A program made the position numbers and the translations under genes. A DNA stretch of 64,000 bases from Lama guanicoe. Its lineage: Eukaryota. The notes below the pieces were generated by a model. The model had not been told where the DNA came from, made no database searches, and saw only the letters and a list, made by a program, of their open reading frames with translations. The DNA lies in assembly GCA_013239625.1 (NCBI GenBank), contig MU054323.1, positions 9,393,186-9,457,185 on the forward strand. Direction: 5' to 3'. Of this stretch, positions 13,620 to 25,891 are shown in pieces (the stretch's first letter is position 1; the number at the start of each line of letters is the position of its first letter).

Positions 13620-13800
13620 GACCTTTGGGTTTGCAAGCCTTGGATATAGTCCAGAAGAAAATGAAAAATGAAGACAAGATTGAGAAATAGGATTTACCAA
13701 GTTTAGGAGAATTAGGGAGATGAAGAGAAAAATAAATGTTAACCCTAAAGTCCTTTAGTATACAGGTATTTGAGTGAAAAACAAACAAGTTATTAAGGGA
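13620..13800 (+). mobile_element. L3/CR1 fragment
   Basis: ttggatatagtccagaagaaaatgaaaaatga...ttaggagaattaggg resembles the CR1 ORF2 3' region. Confidence 0.35.
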
Positions 13801-13954
13801 CAGGACCCCTTGCTTTAGAGTAGAATGGTACTTTCCAGCCAGTTGGAGAAGCGCCTTTCACTCAGGAGTTTGCATTTTCCCAATAATCTTCCTAATAAGA
13901 TCAGAAATGTGGTCTTCCACAGGACTCTGCTGTAAACCCTTGGGATGGCCTATC

Positions 13955-15010
13955 CACCCATTCATTCACTTGTTAAACAAATATTTATTAGGCGCTTACT
14001 GTGTACCAGGCCCCGTTCCAGGCACCTGGGGATACAGCACTGAGCAGAACAGATAGCAGTTCCTGTCCTCATGGAAATTACGCTGTAACTACTGGAGACA
14101 GACAATAAAATACTTGACAATTATGCCAAAAAAGCAGGGACAAGGGACAGGGTGTGTGGGTAGAGGTAGGGGCGAGAGATGGAGTTGCTCTTTTGGATAG
14201 GGTGGTCGAGGAAAAGCCTACCTGAGAGAGTGACATTTGGGCAGAAAGAAATACAAGAGTAAGCCATGCGTAGCCCTGGAGGAGGAGTGCTGTGGGGAGG
14301 AGAATCGGCAAGCACAAATCCTGAGGTGGGAGTTACTGAGAGTGATCGAGGATCAGCAAGGATCCCAGTGGGGCTGGAGCACAGGGTAGGGCTTAGCAGG
14401 TGGGGAGCCGGCAGTGGGGAAAATGAATGATGTGATCTGGCTATCCCTTTATAAAGATCACTCTGACTGCTGTCACGCAAACAGATGAAAGGGACAAGAG
14501 TAGAAGCCAGGAGACCAATTAAGAGGCTCCTGCAAGAATCCAGGTGAACAGAGTAGTAGCAGCAGAAGTGATGATGAGTGGCAGGTTTCTGAATACATTG
14601 AGGCAGCTGAGGATTTGCTGATGGACTGCATGGGAAGTGAGAGTGGAATTATGGTAATCCCAGAGTCTTTGATTGGTTGGTTTTTGTTGGTTCAACTAGA
14701 AGAATGGGATTGCCCTTTACTGAAATCAAAAACACTGTGGGTAAAGCTGGTTTGTGAGGGAAGATTGGAGTTATGTTTTGGATGCATTAAGCTTGAGATG
14801 GCTATTACATCTCATGTGTCAATTCGACAGTTGGACATGTGAATCTGAAGCTCAGGGGAGAGGTCTGGTCTGGAGATATGTATTTGAGAGTTCTGGTATA
14901 GAGGTGGCATTTGAAGTCTTGAGGCTCGATGAGCTCATATAACCAGCAAGTGTAAGGTGGAGGAGGGAAGACTGAATCTGAGCCCTGGAGCTCCAGGTCA
15001 ACCAGCCCAA
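13955..15010 (-). mobile_element. LINE-2 (L2a-like), ~1 kb 3' portion
   Basis: cattcattcac...aacaaatatttattaggcgcttactgtgtaccaggc...ggggatacagc...aaagatcactctgactgctg...ttaagcttgagatg...cagttggacatgtgaatctgaagctcaggggagaggtctgg. Confidence 0.9.
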
Positions 15011-15031
15011 GGCAAAGGTGAAGGTCTAAGT

Positions 15032-15225
15032 CAGGGATCAGCAAACTTTTTCTGGAAAAGACCATAGAGTAAAGAGTTTATGGTTTGTGGGCCAACAGTT
15101 CAACTCTGCCAATGTAGCACAAAAGCAACCATAGACAATATATAAAATAAGTAACAAGACTGTGTCCAATGAAACTTTACAAAAACAGGCTGAATTTGGC
15201 CTATAGACCATAATTTGTACCCTTG
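15032..15225 (+). mobile_element. MER58A (hAT-Charlie MITE)
   Basis: cagggatcagcaaactttttct...caactctgccaatgtagcacaaaagcaaccatagacaat...gaatttggcctatagaccataatttgtacccttg with degenerate TIRs. Confidence 0.88.
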
Positions 15226-15499
15226 GTACATCCTAGCGCTTGTCTCTATGCCAAGAGTTTTCCTTATTCTTTCTTTCTTAGACTGTGGGACTTTCTTTTA
15301 TTCCAGGAGTCCCTTTTGATTACATAGCCACACTGTGTGACAGAGCCAGTATCTAACATTACACTTTACTATTAAATTGGGCTGGGCTGATTCAACCAAG
15401 AGAAATCCTAAATTCAAGACTTTATTTTAAGTTCTGTGCCTTATATTTAGTTCACTTATATGAGGAGAATTACATAAAAAATTACGGATGATTGAGAAT

Positions 15500-15650
15500 C
15501 AACAGAGATCAGTTACAGAAAAGGAGGCAGATTTGCAGCAGGAGAGATTTAAGTTGTGTATAAGTAATAACTTTTTGATGATAAATATCGTTAAATGTTT
15601 TACTCAAGATAGTTCATGGGATGATTGTCTTAGAAGATGTTAGTTTTCTT
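15500..15650 (+). mobile_element. L3/CR1 fragment
   Basis: ttgcagcaggagagatttaagttgtgtataagtaataactttttga resembles CR1/L3. Confidence 0.5.
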
Positions 15651-15759
15651 TTGATTTTACTTTTTAAGGGTATTTGTATGATTTGGAGTAAGCTCTGTGT
15701 GTTTTATAGTCTGAGGACAAAGGCATAATGCATGGCATTGGGTTCTCTTTCTGACCATT

Positions 15760-16340
15760 GATAGTAATTATCTGTTCAATTAGTAACATGCATTTAAGGT
15801 TGCTGCATGTCTTTTTATGGCATGGTAGATCATTTCTTCTTAGCACTGAATAATATTGCAATAATAATAATATTCCAGCACTGTCTGGATGTACTACAGT
15901 TTATTTTCCACTCACCTACTGAAGGACATCTTGGTTGCTTCCAAGTTTTAGCAATTATAAATAAAGCAGCTGTAAACACCCATGTGCAGGTTTTTGTGTG
16001 GACATAAATCTTTAACTCTTTACAGTAAATACTAAGAAACACAGTTGCTGGATTGTATGGTAATAGTATGTTTAGTTTTGTAAGAAACTGCCAAACTCTC
16101 TCCCAAGGTGGCTGTACCATTTTGCATTCCTACCCATTGCTCCACATCCTCACCAGCATTTGATGTTGTTGGTATTCTAGATTTGGGGTGTTCTAGTAGA
16201 TGTGTAATGGTGTCTCTTTCCCTGGTGGCATGTGATGTGGAGCATCTTTTCATATGCTTATTTTCCATCTGCATAGCTTCTGTGATGACGGGTCTCTTAA
16301 GGTTTTTGGCCCATTTCTTTTTATTTGGGCTATTTGTGTA
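15760..16340 (-). mobile_element. L1M (L1MB/MC-like) ORF2 C-terminus and 3' UTR fragment
   Basis: ORF 15830..16120(-) VQPPWERVWQFLTKLNILLPYNPA...TCTWVFTAALFIIAKTWKQPRCPS is homologous to the L1 ORF2p C-terminal region. Confidence 0.92.
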
Positions 16341-16359
16341 ATTATCTGTTCATGGGTCT

Positions 16360-16395
16360 TGGTCGGTCAGTTGGTTGGTTGGTTGACTGGTTGAG
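16360..16395. repeat. (TTGG)n-like simple repeat
   Basis: tggtcggtcagttggttggttggttgactggttg. Confidence 0.7.
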
Positions 16396-17857
16396 TGGGC
16401 AGAATTAGGTGTGTACGTCCAAAGAATTGTCACCAATATGTGAGATCCTTATTACCACCTAAAGAAACTAAAATTGCGGAAGGTCAGTGTCAGAAAGGAT
16501 TTTGGAGCATCTGTATTGTAGTTCAGGGTCCCCAGCCTTTAAACAGAAGACCGAGTTGGGGTCGGAAGATCTGTTATGGAGTTAATTGCAAAGACTGTGC
16601 AAATTCATATGTACACCAACTGTTGTTTGCAGACTAAATAAATAATGTCTAACATCTGTATACCATTCCTTTAAAAATGAATGCAGCCTCTATGATTAAT
16701 AAATTGGAATTTTATTTTCAGCATCACTGCATCGAAAGTATCTTTTTATCATTATTTATTTTCTAATTGCATAGATTCTTGAAGTATAACTGTTGCCATT
16801 TGATTAGTCTGAAAGAGGTCTTGATGTGTTAGAATGTCCCTTATGCCCAAAAAGTTTGGGAAATGCATATCTAGTCCAACTGCACAATTTACTTTGCGGG
16901 TTGGAACACCGAAAGCCAGAGGCATTACCTGACTGCCTTGGGGTTGTGGAGATGGTCAGTAATAAATTAAGGACTAGACCCTGATTCTTTTGGATCCAAA
17001 GTGAGTTTTTTTTTTTTAACATTTATCATTTATGGGTCCCTTTAATCCAAAACGTTTCCCTTTGAATCAGGAAAATTTACAAAAATCTACTTCTCCCCTC
17101 AATGTAAGTGAAGGTCATATAATAATGAGGCATGAAGTAAGCAAGCAGTAGGGACACAGTGTGACAAATTATGGTGCCTGGGTCAACTTTAGAAAAGACT
17201 GGGAATTTCCAGCCCAGCAGCCACCTTCTCATGGAGCCAATCACAGGTTCAGACAGCATCTAAACAATCCTGATGGGTGTTCACTCCATTATAATTCTTA
17301 CACCAATAATGCAGACACACTGTCAAACCAGCCACACAGCTTTCCATGTTACTTTTGGATAGAAGATGCTACACGAAAGTGAAGTGCACTGATTTGTTTA
17401 TGAGAGCTGAGGGCAGACGCCAGCATCTGTTAACCAAATGTTGGTGGTGTATAAAATGCATCTCCTGTTGTTTATGTTTGTGTGTGTGTTTTTCTTTTTC
17501 ATAGTTTTTTTTAAAGAAAGGATTTATTTTCCTGGGAAATCTTAATATCAGGGAGCCACAATGTAGTTCTTTGCTCATGAAGATACACACACATAACTCT
17601 TTCCTTCGTGCTTTTATTGACACAAAACTTAACTCCTAGTCTGTTGAGCAATAAAGTTTGCATTTGGGCACAGGAGATAAGTGTACACTTGCTCAGTTGG
17701 GTCAGCAACTCCTTTACTATTATTAGCTTTCTTTTGTAAATGAAATAAATCTCAGGCTTACTGTGGACCTTAACCGAAGATCCAGGGCTGTGACTTGAGA
17801 AGATTATCTGCACTGCCTTCTACTCGGTTTTCTCTCGCTGTCTCTCTCTCTCCCAGT

Positions 17858-17921
17858 AGTTTTACATTTCATGAAACAATATATATAGGAGTTTTACACT
17901 TCATGAAACAATACGTATAGG
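17858..17921. repeat. Tandem duplication, 2 x 32 bp
   Basis: agttttacatttcatgaaacaatatatatagg / agttttacacttcatgaaacaatacgtatagg (3 mismatches). Confidence 0.95.
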
Positions 17922-19124
17922 AGATACTTAATATTAGGGACATCACTGGATGAAGTGCGTACACTACTTTCTGAGATGGCTTTAATTAAGTCACGTATTT
18001 TCTTAAGCCTTTATCTAGATAATTATCTTCCATGGTTCATAATGAAATGGAAAAGATTTACGCCTCTACTGTCCTGAAACTTCTGTGCTTCTCTATCACA
18101 TTATATGAGGCTGAAAAGAATAAATAAGTTATTTAAATCATCAGTGACTGTAACCCATTTATGTTGAGAAATGGGTCTTTGAATATGTTAAAAAGAACAT
18201 AAAGGCAGGTGTAGAAGATGCCTTTCAGCTGAAAAGACCCACCCAGCTTAGAGTAATATTAATGTATCAAAACCTCATTCCTTCTCAGAACATAATTATA
18301 TTAGGACAGAACTCCAGAGGTAAATTCATCTGCCTGCAGACAGAGCCATACACCTGAAGCCCAGGTGGGTGTTTGTGTTTGGGTCTGTTTCCAGGTACAG
18401 TGATCTCATGTTCTGCCTTTACTGAAGAATTGTGCAACACTGATACACACCTGTGTTTTGATCTTTAAAATCTGTCGTGGTTACATGTCAAGCAATTTAA
18501 AATAGCTTCACAGATGATCCAGAATGCACACCTGCCAGGAACATCACTGGGCACAGTTTGGGAACTGGCGTGGACTCTGGTAATATTAAACTGTAGTTAT
18601 ATTGAAAATATATTAGGTCTCAAGTTCCAGTCTTCTGCCTGAGACTCTTGTCTGAGCGCATCTTGGCACACAAGCCTTCCGCAGGGCAGGGGTCAGTGCG
18701 TGAGGTCTTTCCAGTTACTCCTGAAGAAGAGGGAGACAAACTGCCTAGAAAGTAAAGCCGATTACCTGGATCACCACCTTTCCTTTATTTTCAATATTTA
18801 TCTTAAATAATGAAGTATTTTTTTGGTTCTTTTAAATACAACTTTTTTATATAAGTTAGTTTAAAGTACTTTCTGAAAGAATTGGTCTTATGTGGAATAT
18901 CATTGGTTTCTTTCTTTAGAAGCTGATGCATACCCCAAAGTGGGATTTAGTGTGGGAAATGGTAAAGAAAAGTGAAAGAAAGAGCTGAAGGCTGGGCTTC
19001 CTTATTTTATGAAAGGGTGACTCATGAATGCAAATAAATGCATTTCTGTCAGGTCTGCAAATCCATAGTTAATTCCCACCTTAGCCTGCCACCACGTTTC
19101 AGGGCAAAATGTTGATGTGGTAAG

Positions 19125-19310
19125 TTTTTTTTTTTCTTTTTTAAACATTTTTATGGGCAATTTCAAAAATACACTGAAGTTGAGTACTACAGCGAACCTC
19201 AGGTACCCATCTCCCCCTTCTTTTACCCACGTTCAGTCTTGTGCTCTACTCTCTTCCCTGTCCCAGCCCCTCTCCCCCCACTGGGTTGTTTCTGAAACAA
19301 ATTCAGAAAT
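19125..19310 (-). mobile_element. Old L1MC-like 3' end fragment
   Basis: ttttatgggcaatttcaaaaatacactgaagttgag...aacctcaggtacccatc, reverse L1MC4/5-type terminus. Confidence 0.55.
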
Positions 19311-19387
19311 GTGTGGTAAGAATTCTTATCTTTGAGGGGACATTTTAGAGGACATTACCATCAAAAGAGAGGTAAGAAGTGGATTCT

Positions 19388-19549
19388 GGGGTTTTAAAAA
19401 TTTTTTTTTAATTGAAGTATAGTGGGTTTACAATGTTGTGTTCGTTGCTGGTTTACAACACACTGATTCAGTTGTACATGTGAGATGGACTCCTTTTCAT
19501 ATTCTTTCGCATTATAGGCTATTACAAGGTATTGCCTATAGTTCTCTGG
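19388..19549 (-). mobile_element. Short 5'-truncated young L1 3' end with 13-bp TSD
   Basis: ttttttttaattgaagtatagtgggtttacaatgttgtg...cattataggctattacaagg; identical agaagtggattct at 19375-19387 and 19550-19562. Confidence 0.88.
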
Positions 19550-21252
19550 AGAAGTGGATTCTAGAAGAAAAGACAGGAGGAGAAAAGAGGAGAGGCAAGT
19601 CAAATTGAACAGTTGTGAGGAAGGGGTGTAGCCTAGCCCATTAATCTGCACTATTTATTGTAACATTGTGGATCACACGGAATTCAACATTTTTACTAAT
19701 GGAAAAATAGGTCTTGATGGTGTGTGTCTCTGGCTCTATGGTACATGAACGCTGGTAGTGGGATTTTTCCGGTCAGGTGCACTTACTTCTCTCTCCTGGG
19801 TGCCTCTGCGACTCAGCCCAGGTCTTGCCTAGGCAAGTGGCAGGAGCAAGATACTGGGCTCCTAGAGACCTGAAGAGAATGGCCATTGACTGAGTGTCTT
19901 GCAGGTAGGAGGCATGTGTGTTTTGTGTAGCACTGCTGTGGCTTCCCCAGGGCCTGGCAGATATTTGTTGAATGAGTCAATTCTTCACCTGTAAGCTCTC
20001 ACTTGAATAAGCAGAGGAGGAATTACAGGCGCCTTTTCACCTACAGTTCTGTTCCACAGTGCTTTAAAGACAAAGCAGAGTGATAGGAACAGTTCATGGG
20101 ATTCTTTGCACTTGGAGTCTTTTAGTGTAAAATTTTATCTATCCTATCTATCTGTCTATCTGAAATCTAAAAAAAGTTCTTGATAATGGCCTCTGGCTTT
20201 TACCAACAGAAATGGAACATATATACACACAAGATAGTTATTACTGTTCTTCTATAACAGGACCATTGAGATGACTTTTTAAAGATGCCTCATTACTACT
20301 TTTGTCATTTGAAAGGACGTACATCCCCCTACCTATCCCACCTGCAGCCTAGGCAGTAGATACAGATGAATTCTTTGGGTTTGAACCTGAGGGTTGCTTG
20401 GTATCAGAAATAAAGTGCAAATCCACTATTGATCGTTCATGTCATATGGTCCGTAAATATCAGCACATTTTATAATGAAACCCAGTGGATTTTGAACCAA
20501 TATTTCTTAATTAATTGTGCTATAATGACATTGATTCTTTTTCCCCAAATATATCTGTCTCTTACTGATTATTCCTGGTTTTGTTTTTAAGAGAATACTG
20601 GCTGGGATACCCCAGCGCTCTCTGTAGTGAGTCTGGGTTAAGCAGCCATCTGTTAAATGCATTGTTGCATATGACTGTCGCAGACATTCACCCACACGGT
20701 CCCTGTTATCTCCAGCCTGTAATGTGGATTGAGATGGTTGACATGGAGAAACTCAGAAAAGTTGAGACTTGCATAAGATGATAGTTTGCAATCATAGGCT
20801 AGATCCTCAGTATTTTATTTGCAAGTTCGATGTTTTACTCTCTGGACTAGGTAAATCCTGAGACGTTTGCCACTGTATGACCTGCAACACAGTGCCTGCC
20901 TCACATATTTGCTCCTGATGCCTCTCATGCTATCATTTCTGGGCATATATCACTTTCTTCATTCCACCTACACATTCACCTATGGGACAGTGGCATAATG
21001 TCCCAACTATCTGGCTTGTCACTTAAAAAAACACTGTTGATGACTTCCTTAAACTATCTTGTATTCTTTGTGGTGAATAAGCTTGAAACTAATTTATCAT
21101 GTGGGTGGAAGGGACCCTACAGTTCAAGGGCTTGAAAACAAGTTGGTTACGATCTTAAACTATACTGAAAAATAGCAGGGCCAGAATCCAGAATCCAATA
21201 ATGGACCTGAAATCACTGAAAATAATTCTTGGCTATTGAAGGGTAGAATTTG

Positions 21253-21291
21253 GCCTGTATCTTATAAACAATTGCCTGTATCTTGTAAACA
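21253..21291. repeat. Short tandem duplication (18-bp core, 21-bp period)
   Basis: gcctgtatcttataaaca att gcctgtatcttgtaaaca. Confidence 0.9.
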
Positions 21292-22014
21292 GACTTGATC
21301 AGATGCTAATTTATCAGAACTGCACACACCAGAGACTGAAATGGAAAGTGGAAAGAAGCCATCATGGAACTAAGCTTTCCCCAGCAACAGGCCCCGGGGC
21401 CCTTTTAGAACTGGCATCTAAATATGTCGTGGGATGGTCTCTGTAGTGCTTTCCTTCCTTGTGAGCTCCCTGAGGAAGGAAATCCACAGTTCCTTGAACC
21501 TCTTAGTCTCTAGGCTACAGCTGAACACAACAAACACATATTTATATTTGGTTTTTATCTGCTTAGTTATAAGTTAGTATTGAATACAGATAGACTAGAG
21601 TTTTAGACACGTTTTGTTTGCTGAATTTATGAGTCCCTTCATTAAAAAAGGGGTTTATTTCCTGCTTGCTTATCAGTATTCCAAGCATTGCAGATCTATC
21701 ATTAAGTACAAATTATGGTTTTTACTCCCAAGGGGCTTGCGATTTAGTCGGGCAGATAAGACGTGTACAGGAAACAACTAAAGAACACAGCAGCATATAG
21801 AACAGTGCTGTCGGATGCAGTTAGAGTAAATGTGCTGATTGGGTATTATAGGCAATGAGAGCAGAAGGGAGAGGCCAGCGTGGGCCAGAGTCTTCAGATC
21901 CTGGCACATGGTGGTCACACAGAAAACGTTGATTGAACAGAAGGACAGGAGATGAGAGACAGGCAGAAGAGAATTAAAAGTTTACATCTTAACTTTGAAA
22001 AAGGGTTGTTTTTG

Positions 22015-23895
22015 TTAAATACCATTTATGATAGTATCAAAAATAGGAAGTACTCAAGGATAAATTTGACAAAAGAGGTTGAAAACCTCTATGCTGAAAA
22101 TTGTAAAAGAAAAATTAAGGAAGACCTGAATAAGTGGAGAATACATTGTCCATGGACCATTAGGCTCAATGTTAAGATGTCAGTTCTTCAGGGGGAGGGT
22201 ATAGCTCAGTGGTAGAGTGGGTGCTTAGCATGCATGAGGTCCTAGGTTCAGTCGCCAGTACCTCCATTTAAAAAATAAACCTAATTACACCCCCGCCCCC
22301 ATTAAACAAACAAACAAAAAAAGATATCAGTTCTTACCCAAATTATCTATAAATTCAAGGCAATCGCAACCAAAAATCTCAGTAGACTTTTTGGTAAGAA
22401 TTGACAAGCTGGCTCTAAAATATATATACATAAATGCAAAGGGCCAAGAATAGCTGTAACAATTTTTTAACATAGAATAGTTGGAGGAAGGACTTATACT
22501 GCCTGACTTCAAGACTGACTATAATGTTACACCAATCAAGGCAGTGTGGTATTGATATAAATAGATAAAAATAGATAAATGCAACAGAATATTGAGTCCA
22601 GAAATAGGTCCACACATATATGGACAATTAATTTTTGACAAAGGTGCTAAGGTAATTCAATAGAGAAATGATAATCATTTCAACAAATGATGCTGGAACA
22701 ATTGGACAGCCATCAGCAAAAAGATGAACCTCAATCCTTTCCCCATATCATATACGGAATTAACTTACAATGGGCTATAGACCTAAATGTAAGAGCTAAA
22801 ATTATAGAACATTTGGAAGAAGACATAGGGAAAAAAGTCTTAATGGTTTTAGCTTTAGCGAAGTTTTTTTTTAAGTATAATACACAAAGAACATGAAATA
22901 TAAAAGAAAAAAATTAGTAAATTGGACTTCATCAAAATAAAAATATTTGCTCTTTAAAGGCTATTATAAGAACAAAATGCCAAGCCCATAGACTGAAAAG
23001 AAAAAAATTTTCAGAACATATACCTGACAAAGAACTTTCATCTAGAGTATTCAAAGAATTCTTGGAATTTAAGAATAAGAAGACAAACAGCTCAATAAAA
23101 CACAGGCAAAAAAGATTAGAACACATACACAGTAATTTGAGAAATGCAAATTAAAACCACAAGGAGATAACACTATACACCCACTATAATGGCTAAGATT
23201 AAAAACACCAACCAAACCAAGTGTTGGCAAGGATATACAGGAACTGGAACTTCCATGGGAATATAAAATAGTATATCTACTTTGAAAAGCAGTTTGGCAG
23301 TTCCTTACAAAGTTAAGCATACACCTGCCGAATGACCCACTCATTCTACTCCCAGGTACTTTGCAAAAGAAATGAAAGCATATGTTCACACAAATATTTG
23401 CAGATGAACTTTCCTAGCAGCCTTGTTTAGAATAGCCAAAAGGTGGAAACATCCCAAATGTCCATCAGTAGTTGATTAAATAAACACATGGTGTTATATC
23501 TATACAGTGGAATATTATCCAGCAATACAAATGAATGTACTATTGAAATATACAACAATGGATGAATATTAAAATGATCATGCTGAGTTAAAGAAAAACT
23601 AGACAAAGAAGAGTACATACTGTATGACTTCATTTATATAAAATTCTAGAGAATGCAAACTAATTTAGAGTGACAGAAAGCAGATCAGTGGTTGCCTTGA
23701 GGGTAGGAGTGATGTGGTTGCAGGAAGAAGAGATTATAAAGTATAAGAGGAAACTTTGGGGGATGATGGATATGTTTGTTACCTTGGTTGTAGTGATGGT
23801 TTCTCCGGTGTAGTCTACACATATGTCGAAAGTCATTAACATTGTACACTTTGAAAATGTGCAGTTTATTGTGTGTCATTTATTCCTCAAGCTGT
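22015..23895 (+). mobile_element. L1M (L1MD/L1ME1-like) ORF2 3' half plus 3' UTR, ~1.8 kb, interrupted by a SINE
   Basis: Translation KYSRINLTKEVENLYAENCK...IKEDLNKW matches L1 ORF2p; caaattaaaaccacaa, aagtgttggcaaggat; 3' UTR ggatgatggatatgtt...tgtacactttgaaaatgtgcagtttattg; many stops and frameshifts. Confidence 0.92.
22191..22320 (+). mobile_element. tRNA-Ala-derived camelid SINE (vic-1-like)
   Basis: gggggagggtatagctcagtggtagagtgggtgcttagcatgcatgaggtcctaggttcagtc...; A-rich tail; TSD aagat(g/a)tcagttctt at 22174-22188 and 22321-22335. Confidence 0.9.
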
Positions 23896-24309
23896 AGGGA
23901 AAAAAAGTGTTGATTGCTTAATATGACCATTTTCCTTTAACTGATGACATCAATCAAAGAGATATTTCCAGCAGGAACTCAGTGTCCCACTGATGTTGGC
24001 AGGAGACTATACACAAAGCCAGGTAGAAAAGCTCACATAATCACAATTTGTGTGTCTTTGTTGACTGGGTTTCTAGCTTCTGTTTTTTGTTGTATTGGCA
24101 TTTGTTTTCAAGAAACTGTTCTTGAGCAATAGTTCTGTTTAGGGTCCCTATGGAGAATAAATTAGGCACATTATAAAGCTACATTTTGATTAGATTTTAA
24201 TTTGTTTGAGATAGAGGCTAATAATTCTGCACTCTTGAGCCCCTATTCCTCAGGTGTCAATCAAGGCACTAGACTTCTGCACCGTGGTGAGTGGACCCCA
24301 GTCACCCCT

Positions 24310-24520
24310 GAACAAGAGGTCAAGTCTGAAGGCCAGGTCTCTGGCTCTGTCTTTGCCACACATAAAGACTTGACACTGACAAATAGTGTCATACAGTCCC
24401 AGTTTCCTCATGTGTCAAACGAGAGTAATAATAATAGAACCTGTCCTGCCTGCCTGCCAGAATTGATATGAGAGTCATATATCCACTTTTTAAAAACTGT
24501 AAAGTTGCATAAAAATGCAA
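24310..24520 (+). mobile_element. MIR/MIR3 fragment
   Basis: cccagtttcctcatgtgtcaaacgagagtaataataatagaacctg core. Confidence 0.6.
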
Positions 24521-24759
24521 GGTGTTTTTGCTGCTTCTGTTGTTATCTTACCTCATCATCTGCTTATTTGTTGCTCAAGAAAATGTGATCTTTGCAATTT
24601 ACAAGGAGGAGAAGGCGATGTCATGATAACTTCTATGGAGAAGCAGAATACGTCACTAAAACTTATGACACTATCACCATGGACACTCTGCTCTGAGCCT
24701 TCAAAGCAGTTCTCTCTCTCTTCCCCCTTTTCTCTTCCCTCCTCTGCTTCCTCATTTTG

Positions 24760-25200
24760 CTTCATTCACTTAGTCAACAGATATTCGCTAAGCACCTGCC
24801 AGGTGTCAGGTCCTGTAGGCAATAGAAAAAAAACCCAGGAAGAAAACAGATGAGTCACTGCCTTTGAGAAGCTGCCCTTCCAGTGGGGGTTGTGGTGCAG
24901 TTTGATAAGCATTATGGGGGGATAGGAGGGGATGCTCTGGAGCACCTTGGAGGACCCCTAACCCAGATTTGGAGAGTCAGGGGAAGGAGACATCTAAATT
25001 GAGACCCAGGAATAAGTAAGGATTAACCACGCAAAGAATGGGAGAGAATGTTCCACTTAAAAGGAACAGCATGTGCAAAGGCACCAAGGAGAGCTTACTG
25101 TGACTGGGGAGTTGAGTGGAAGGCAGGTAGGCAAGAGGTGGAATGAGGATATTTTCTGGGGACAGATCATGTTGGAACCTTGTGGTGAGAGCAGGGGGAG
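24760..25200 (-). mobile_element. LINE-2 3' fragment
   Basis: ttcattcacttagtcaacagatattcgctaagcacctgccaggtgtcagg...ggaacagcatgtgcaaaggc. Confidence 0.75.
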
Positions 25201-25749
25201 CTGTGTCAGGGTGTGAGTAGCGTCACTTTGCCAGCTCCCTGTCTCTGCAGTAGCCACCTGGTCACAGCTCCCAGAGTTCCCCGTGAAGTCCCGTTGGTGG
25301 TCCTCAAGATTAAGAAGGTTGCTGACCTCTGTCCAGGCAAGACTTTCTTGGATAGGACTTAGCTTACGGGGACCAAACTGACTTTGTTTACATTACTCTT
25401 CTGCCAAGAAAACACAAACCTCTCCAAATAAACAGTGACTGTCACTGATGCTGGTCAGTAAAACCATACTTTTCAGTGTTTCCCTCACAACTTGTTGTAT
25501 GGTTGCAACATGGACATTTGAAATGGGAATCACATACCAGAGAGAAAATTGTGCTCTAGCACGGAAGACCAGAAAGATTTGAGGACAGGGGAAGCTGTCT
25601 GAGGTCAAAAGCAATGACATTTTTTTTTAACAGTAGGATAATTAATTTATTTCCCCTTTCTCCAAATCATTGGCATTTTTAAAAACACCTTAGGGAAGGT
25701 ATGTCAACTTTTAAAATCTGCAGGAATACAGTTAAGAATGCATCTGCAT

Positions 25750-25891
25750 GGGGCAGGGTGTATGGCTCAGTGGTAGAGCGCATGCTTAACATGCACGAGG
25801 TCCTAGGTTCAAACCCCAGTACCTCCATTAAAAATAAATAAATACGTAAATATATAACTACATAGATAAATAAATCTAATTCCCCCACACC
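25750..25891 (+). mobile_element. tRNA-Ala-derived camelid SINE (vic-1-like), 3' tail/TSD missing
   Basis: ggggcagggtgtatggctcagtggtagagcgcatgcttaacatgcacgaggtcctaggttcaaaccccagtacctccattaaaaataaat...ctaattccccc. Confidence 0.9.

Noticed and set aside
15830..16120. 96-aa ORF with clear protein homology
   Set aside because: An L1 ORF2p C-terminal remnant within a decayed element, not a host gene.
21952..22215. 87-aa ORF resembling reverse-transcriptase-associated sequence
   Set aside because: Decayed L1 ORF2 running into a SINE.
22191..22266. tRNA-Ala-like sequences (also ~25750-25827 and ~39795-39870)
   Set aside because: They are followed by a shared SINE body and A-rich tail, two have TSDs, and stems are mismatched: SINE heads, not tRNA genes.
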